DNA of 43,725 nt from a virus. The notes beneath the pieces were generated by a model, which had not been told where the DNA came from, did not search any database, and saw only the letters and a program-made list of their open reading frames with translations. Positions 39,972-43,725 of the stretch are shown here, one piece after another. A program made the translations under genes and the position numbers. Position 1 is the stretch's first letter; every line of letters starts with the position of its first letter. Location: IMG/VR virus record IMGVR_UViG_3300035494_000048; one strand, 5' to 3'.

Positions 39972-40396
39972 CTGACGCTATCAACCCAACCCATTACACC
40001 CGCGGCGCGGTTGAGTGCATCGACGCCATCGAAGCGGCCACCGTCGACAAGCGCGGCATCGAGGCTGCCTGCACCGCCAACGTCATCAAGTACCTGTGGC
40101 GCTATGAGGCGAAGAACGGACTCGAGGACGTGAAGAAAGCCCGCTGGTATCTGGAGCGCCTGATCGCGCACCTCGATAAAGCCGAGTTCGGCCAGCAGAA
40201 CACCATCGACTGCCGCACGGATGAGCAGAGGGGATTCAACGACCCGCGCACCGTGGAAGGCGTGGACGTGTCGTTTCCGACCGAGAAGCACATGAACTTT
40301 GCGCCGGACGAGAAGTGCGAAGTCTGCGGCTTCCCGGGCGAAACTCCTTCCAAACGCCACTGCAAGCACCACTACGCGGAGGCTAGCCATGCATGA
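39968..40396 (+). CDS. DUF3310 (SaV-like) protein with C-terminal Cys/His extension
   Basis: 142 aa from ATG 39968. INPTHYTRGAVECIDAIEAA......NVIKYLWRYEAKNGLEDVKKARWYLERLI matches the DUF3310 pattern. Confidence 0.75.
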   Translation: MTDAINPTHYTRGAVECIDAIEAATVDKRGIEAACTANVIKYLWRYEAKNGLEDVKKARWYLERLIAHLDKAEFGQQNTIDCRTDEQRGFNDPRTVEGVDVSFPTEKHMNFAPDEKCEVCGFPGETPSKRHCKHHYAEASHA

Positions 40397-40620
40397 GCAC
40401 CTCTGCGGCGAAGCATGGATTAACAGCGGAAGGCCTGACTGCCAAGGCCAATGCGGAGCAGCTTGCTCTCGCAATCGCGGACAAGATGCGGGAGCGCTGC
40501 AAGCCCATGGGTCTGCCGAAGTGGCGCCAGTGGGTGTCGGCCGAGCTGTCGAGGATGAGCCCTTTGCTGCGGTCGATGGTGCGCGCTGCGCTGGAAGCGA
40601 AGGCGAGGGCCGGTAAATGA
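40393..40620 (+). CDS. Hypothetical protein (75 aa)
   Basis: ATGA coupling at both ends. Confidence 0.5.
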   Translation: MSTSAAKHGLTAEGLTAKANAEQLALAIADKMRERCKPMGLPKWRQWVSAELSRMSPLLRSMVRAALEAKARAGK

Positions 40621-41069
40621 CTTTCCCGATCCGTAAAGCCTCAGCCCAAACCACGGTCAAGCCGGTGAAAAGTGCGGGATCGGGAAAATCCACCGCTAGC
40701 CAGGCTGAGGACGCGCTAGCCCTTCACCTGCGCGCGGAAGGCATCGAGGCCATCCGAGAGTACCGCTTCGCTGCCGAAGCTTGTGGAGGGCCTGGTAAGG
40801 GTCTGCGTGATCGTCTGGCTAAGGCCGGACTGCAGGACTGGCGCGCGGATTTCGCGCTGATCGAGCACGGATTGCTGATCGAGGTCGAGGGGGGAGGTTG
40901 GGTAAAGGGCCGGCATAACACCGGCGCCGGCTTCGCTGCCGACCTCAAGAAATACGACGCCGCTGCCCGCCTTGGGTGGCGCGTCTACCGCTGCGACCCC
41001 GCCATGATCAAGAGCGGGCGCGCAATCGAGACAATCCGAATTCTGATGCAGCAGGGGAGAGCAGCCTGA
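40617..41069 (+). CDS. Vsr/DUF559-like PD-(D/E)XK endonuclease-fold protein
   Basis: 150 aa. DFALIEHGLLIEVEGGGW..GRH....G...D..KYDAAARLGWRVYR pattern. Confidence 0.55.
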   Translation: MTFPIRKASAQTTVKPVKSAGSGKSTASQAEDALALHLRAEGIEAIREYRFAAEACGGPGKGLRDRLAKAGLQDWRADFALIEHGLLIEVEGGGWVKGRHNTGAGFAADLKKYDAAARLGWRVYRCDPAMIKSGRAIETIRILMQQGRAA

Positions 41070-42607
41070 TGGCAGCACGCAAGCATGACGACGCGCAGAT
41101 CATGGAGGCGCTCACGGGCAGAACCAGCGCCGAAGCAGCCGCCTTGCTTGGCTTGAATATCCGCAACGTGGAGCGCCACCGCTCCCGCCTGCGCAAGATG
41201 GGCTGGGAGCCTGGGCACGGTTCAGCAGAGGCACGCGCCGAGACGTATGTCATCACGGCCGCCGTGAACGCCACCAAGGCGCACGCCGGGTTCCTCAAGA
41301 CGCTGCAGCTGTATTGCTCCCTGCGTGGTGCCAGGCTAATCGTGATCCCCATGCGCTACAAGAACCCGACTCGCCGGGATGAAGTGGCCGATGACGACTG
41401 GTGGGATGCCCGCCTGATGCCGTACATCACGCACGAACGCACGAAGCTGGCGAAGGGGCTGGTAGTGCTGGCCGATATCAAGATTCAGCCGACGGCCGTA
41501 AGCCCACTGCAAGGATGGCTAACCGTATCGGGGCAGGACTGGGCAATCCTGGGGCACACGAAGATTGCAGTAGAGCCTGTAGCAACGCGCATGGGCGACC
41601 CTGCCAAGTTGGTGATGACGACTGGTGCCTGCACTGTGGAGAACTACAGCGACACCAACGCCGGCAAGAAAGGGGAGTTCCACCATACGCTCGGCGCGGT
41701 AGTCGTCGAGGTAGACGGCCCGCGCAACCATATCCGCCACATCTGCCCGATGAAGGATGGCAGCTTCATCGACCTCGACATGAAGTACACCGTCAAGGGG
41801 CCTGAAAAGGCTCCGCGTGCCGAAGTGCTGACGATGGGTGACGTACATGCTGAGATGGCTGATCCGGTCGTTACTGAGGCAACCAGAGAGCTTTCCGAGC
41901 TGATCAAGCCAAAGTATCTGGTGATGCATGACGTGCTGAACTTCGGCTCGGCCAGCCACCACAACAAATTCTTCGACAAGTTCAAGCGCCACGTGGACGG
42001 TACGTCTGGCGTGATGCATGAGCTGAAGGTAACGGCCCGGCACGTTGACTACCTGGCGACATTTGCCGACCAGGCCGTAATGGTGAACTCGAACCACAAC
42101 GATCACTTCCGGCAGTGGCTGGAGAAGTCCGAGAACGCTCTGGATATCGAGAACACGCTCGTCTTCCATGAGACCAAGGCCGTCATGCTGCGCGCCATTG
42201 TCGACGGCTCGTACTGTGACCCGTTCAAGCACTGGATGGACAAGCTGATGAAGTTGGCTGATCGGGTGAAATGGCTCAAGCCAGATGAGCCGTTCATTCG
42301 CTTCGGCATCGACTACAGCAACCACGGCGACAAAGGCCCGAACGGCGCACGCGGCAGCACCAAGGCATTCGCAACCGTAGGCGCAAAGGTCGTCAAGGGA
42401 CACGGTCACGCCCCGCAGGTCATCGATGGCGCCAGGTCTGTTGGCACAAGCTCGAAGCTCAACATGGGCTACAACGCCGGAGCCCTCAGTAACTGGATGG
42501 CCTCGCACGACATCACCTACGCCAACGGCAAGCAGACGCTCATTCACTGCGTCGGCGGTACCTTCTTTCGCCGCGATGCGGCAGCAGCACGGGGAGCAGC
42601 AGCATGA
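41069..42607 (+). CDS. Large HTH plus metallophosphoesterase-like protein (512 aa), function unknown
   Basis: ATG 41069 (TGATG coupling). N-terminal HTH-like AAALLGLNIRNVERHRSRLRKMGW. C-terminal half has GDVHAE, HDVLNFG, NSNHNDHF and KGHGHAP, resembling metallophosphatase motifs I, II, III and V. Confidence 0.4.
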   Translation: MAARKHDDAQIMEALTGRTSAEAAALLGLNIRNVERHRSRLRKMGWEPGHGSAEARAETYVITAAVNATKAHAGFLKTLQLYCSLRGARLIVIPMRYKNPTRRDEVADDDWWDARLMPYITHERTKLAKGLVVLADIKIQPTAVSPLQGWLTVSGQDWAILGHTKIAVEPVATRMGDPAKLVMTTGACTVENYSDTNAGKKGEFHHTLGAVVVEVDGPRNHIRHICPMKDGSFIDLDMKYTVKGPEKAPRAEVLTMGDVHAEMADPVVTEATRELSELIKPKYLVMHDVLNFGSASHHNKFFDKFKRHVDGTSGVMHELKVTARHVDYLATFADQAVMVNSNHNDHFRQWLEKSENALDIENTLVFHETKAVMLRAIVDGSYCDPFKHWMDKLMKLADRVKWLKPDEPFIRFGIDYSNHGDKGPNGARGSTKAFATVGAKVVKGHGHAPQVIDGARSVGTSSKLNMGYNAGALSNWMASHDITYANGKQTLIHCVGGTFFRRDAAAARGAAA

Positions 42608-43140
42608 GTACAGAAAAAGGCACCCTGGTCCGCATCATCGTTGCGGGTAGTGAAGGCATGACCGCTCCGGCAGCATGGGCGAAGATGGCTGAGGAGACGA
42701 TGGGTGGCAGCGGTATGAGCCGGCAGCAGCTGTTCGAGCTGGACTGCGACTGTCGCCGGATGCTCCACCACTCGATGCAGCCGCAGCACTGGAACGCACT
42801 CGTCGCCTTCTACGGCATAGACGCCAACGACCGCGGCGCGTCAATCAGAGCGCTTGCCTCATTTGTGGCCACGCCGGCACACAAGCACTTCAAGACCTAC
42901 GCAATCGTCACCTGGGCAGAGCCGCCGCGCAAAGGGGCGCAAGGACGCCGCAGCACCGCGATCCTGTCCGAGGACATGTATGACATGAACGTATGGGACG
43001 ACAACAAGGGCACGCCGGAGCGGACTCGGCGGGATTGGCGCCGCAAGATTCATCAGGCGCTTTTCCAGATTCTAGAGGGAGCAGAGATCGAGGCATTCGA
43101 ATTGCTGCGACAGAATGAAATATTCGACATGGCCGCTTGA
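42604..43140 (+). CDS. Hypothetical protein (178 aa) in the late-regulator (Q) position
   Basis: Last gene before the late promoter/terminator, with ATGA coupling. No recognisable motif; the role is inferred from position only. Confidence 0.5.
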   Translation: MSTEKGTLVRIIVAGSEGMTAPAAWAKMAEETMGGSGMSRQQLFELDCDCRRMLHHSMQPQHWNALVAFYGIDANDRGASIRALASFVATPAHKHFKTYAIVTWAEPPRKGAQGRRSTAILSEDMYDMNVWDDNKGTPERTRRDWRRKIHQALFQILEGAEIEAFELLRQNEIFDMAA

Positions 43141-43168
43141 CACTCTTTGCCGAATTGCCGAATATATA
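43137..43168 (+). promoter_or_regulatory. Candidate late promoter (PR'-like) with internal direct repeat
   Basis: Consensus -35 TTGACA (43137-42). TTGCCGAA TTGCCGAA direct repeat (43147-62). AATATATAT -10-like tract (43161-69). Spacer of 18-20 nt is non-optimal. Confidence 0.4.
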
Positions 43169-43295
43169 TCCATCCTGTCGATCTTGCGCGTTGAGGATTG
43201 ATGGTGATCTGCGACACCTGCTGCGAAAGCGTCTGATCAGCGCAAGTAGAAAGTGGTGTGGCCTCAAGGGGGAGAGTCCCCTTGGACAATCCAAG

Positions 43296-43321
43296 AGCCC
43301 TGACTTCGGTCGGGGCTTTTT
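43296..43321 (+). terminator. Strong rho-independent terminator (tR'-like) upstream of the late operon
   Basis: agccctgac-TTCG-gtcggggct (9 bp, UUCG loop) followed by TTTTCGTTT. Confidence 0.8.
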
Positions 43322-43575
43322 CGTTTGGGGCGCTAAAGGCCGTTTGAATGGCTCGCCACCATGCGCCCAACCCATTCCCCGGCCTGCTTGCGATCGGCTA
43401 CGCGCCACACGCAGCACACTGCGCGACCTGATAACAGGTATCGCCCCGTAGACGTGTACGGGGAATCGGGCTCTATTCCACGAATTCCGGCCCCATGCCT
43501 GCCTCCTTGCTCATAGGCGGATCGCACGCGCATGTGAGGCCGGACCTATCAACTGCCCCATGCGGGATAACCGAG

Positions 43576-43725
43576 ATGCCCAAGATGCCCGAGAAAAGTC
43601 CAGAAGTATGGGCTGCGGTCCTCGCATGGCTGCACGCTATTGCGCCGAGCCTGTACGCGTTCTGTCTGTCCGTGACTATCGCCGTGCTGCGAGTCGTGTA
43701 CGGGGGCGGAACTAAGCGGCAGATG
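43576..43725 (+). CDS. S: Holin, lambda S-like (5' part; continues at position 128 of the circle, overlap copy at 2..127)
   Basis: ATG 43576 and ATG 43585 give an M-P-K-M dual-start motif like lambda S (M-K-M). Reading frame is continuous into 2..301. Confidence 0.85.
   Translation, partial: MPKMPEKSPEVWAAVLAWLHAIAPSLYAFCLSVTIAVLRVVYGGGTKRQM
43599..43725. repeat. Terminal direct repeat copy 2 (identical to 1..127)
   Basis: Verbatim identity with the window start. Confidence 0.95.

Noticed and set aside
43137-43451. 104-aa + strand ORF (TTG start) in the late control region, and the 66-aa - strand ORF at 43333-43533
   Set aside because: The + strand ORF runs straight through a strong stem-loop terminator and the -35/-10 elements. 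Neither ORF has an RBS, and the composition looks non-coding.
1-43725. tRNA, rRNA and CRISPR arrays; transposase or IS elements
   Set aside because: No cloverleaf-like GTTCGAATC...CCA segments, no regularly spaced direct repeats and no transposase-like ORFs were seen. The only short tandem repeats are the attP arm sites and the TTGCCGAA doublet.

Overview
The window is one complete, circularly closed phage genome. Bases 1-127 repeat verbatim at 43599-43725, so the unit length is about 43,598 bp, and the circle is opened inside the holin gene. It is a temperate phage with lambda-like regulation and a T7-like virion module. GC looks high by eye (not computed), which suggests a Pseudomonas-like Gram-negative host; this cannot be proven from the sequence.

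Late operon (+ strand): late promoter and terminator (43137-43321), lambda-S-like holin, TerS/TerL, podovirus portal, scaffold, capsid and decoration proteins. Then adaptor and nozzle (gp11/gp12-like), internal virion proteins (gp13-16-like), two small membrane proteins, a beta-helix tailspike, and endolysin with embedded Rz/Rz1.

Integration module: a reverse-strand SLOG/DUF2493 gene, attP with arm-type repeats, and int-xis.

Leftward early operon (- strand): about 25 genes, including an Exo/RecT/SSB-like recombination set, HNH nucleases and many translationally coupled micro-ORFs. It is driven by a PL-like promoter with a long boxA-containing leader.

Immunity region: a cI (S24) repressor with three accessory genes, a tripartite operator and cro.

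Rightward operon (+ strand): replication protein O-like, DnaB, nucleases, Dcm, NinB, Dam, DUF3310 and an HTH-metallophosphoesterase-like protein.

Most unusual observations:
- The dcm locus carries a second, +1-frame, full-length ORF. It is slotted exactly between the flanking genes, and its recognisable motifs are frame images of the MTase motifs.
- An uncharacterised cassette sits downstream of cI in a Rex-like position: a zinc-ribbon protein, a coiled-coil membrane protein and a terminator-insulated moron.
- A SLOG gene lies across attP from int.
- The lysis cassette is split: the holin sits about 20 kb from the endolysin and spanins.

No tRNA, rRNA, CRISPR array or reverse transcriptase was seen. 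All homology statements are by-eye motif recognition; no searches were run.
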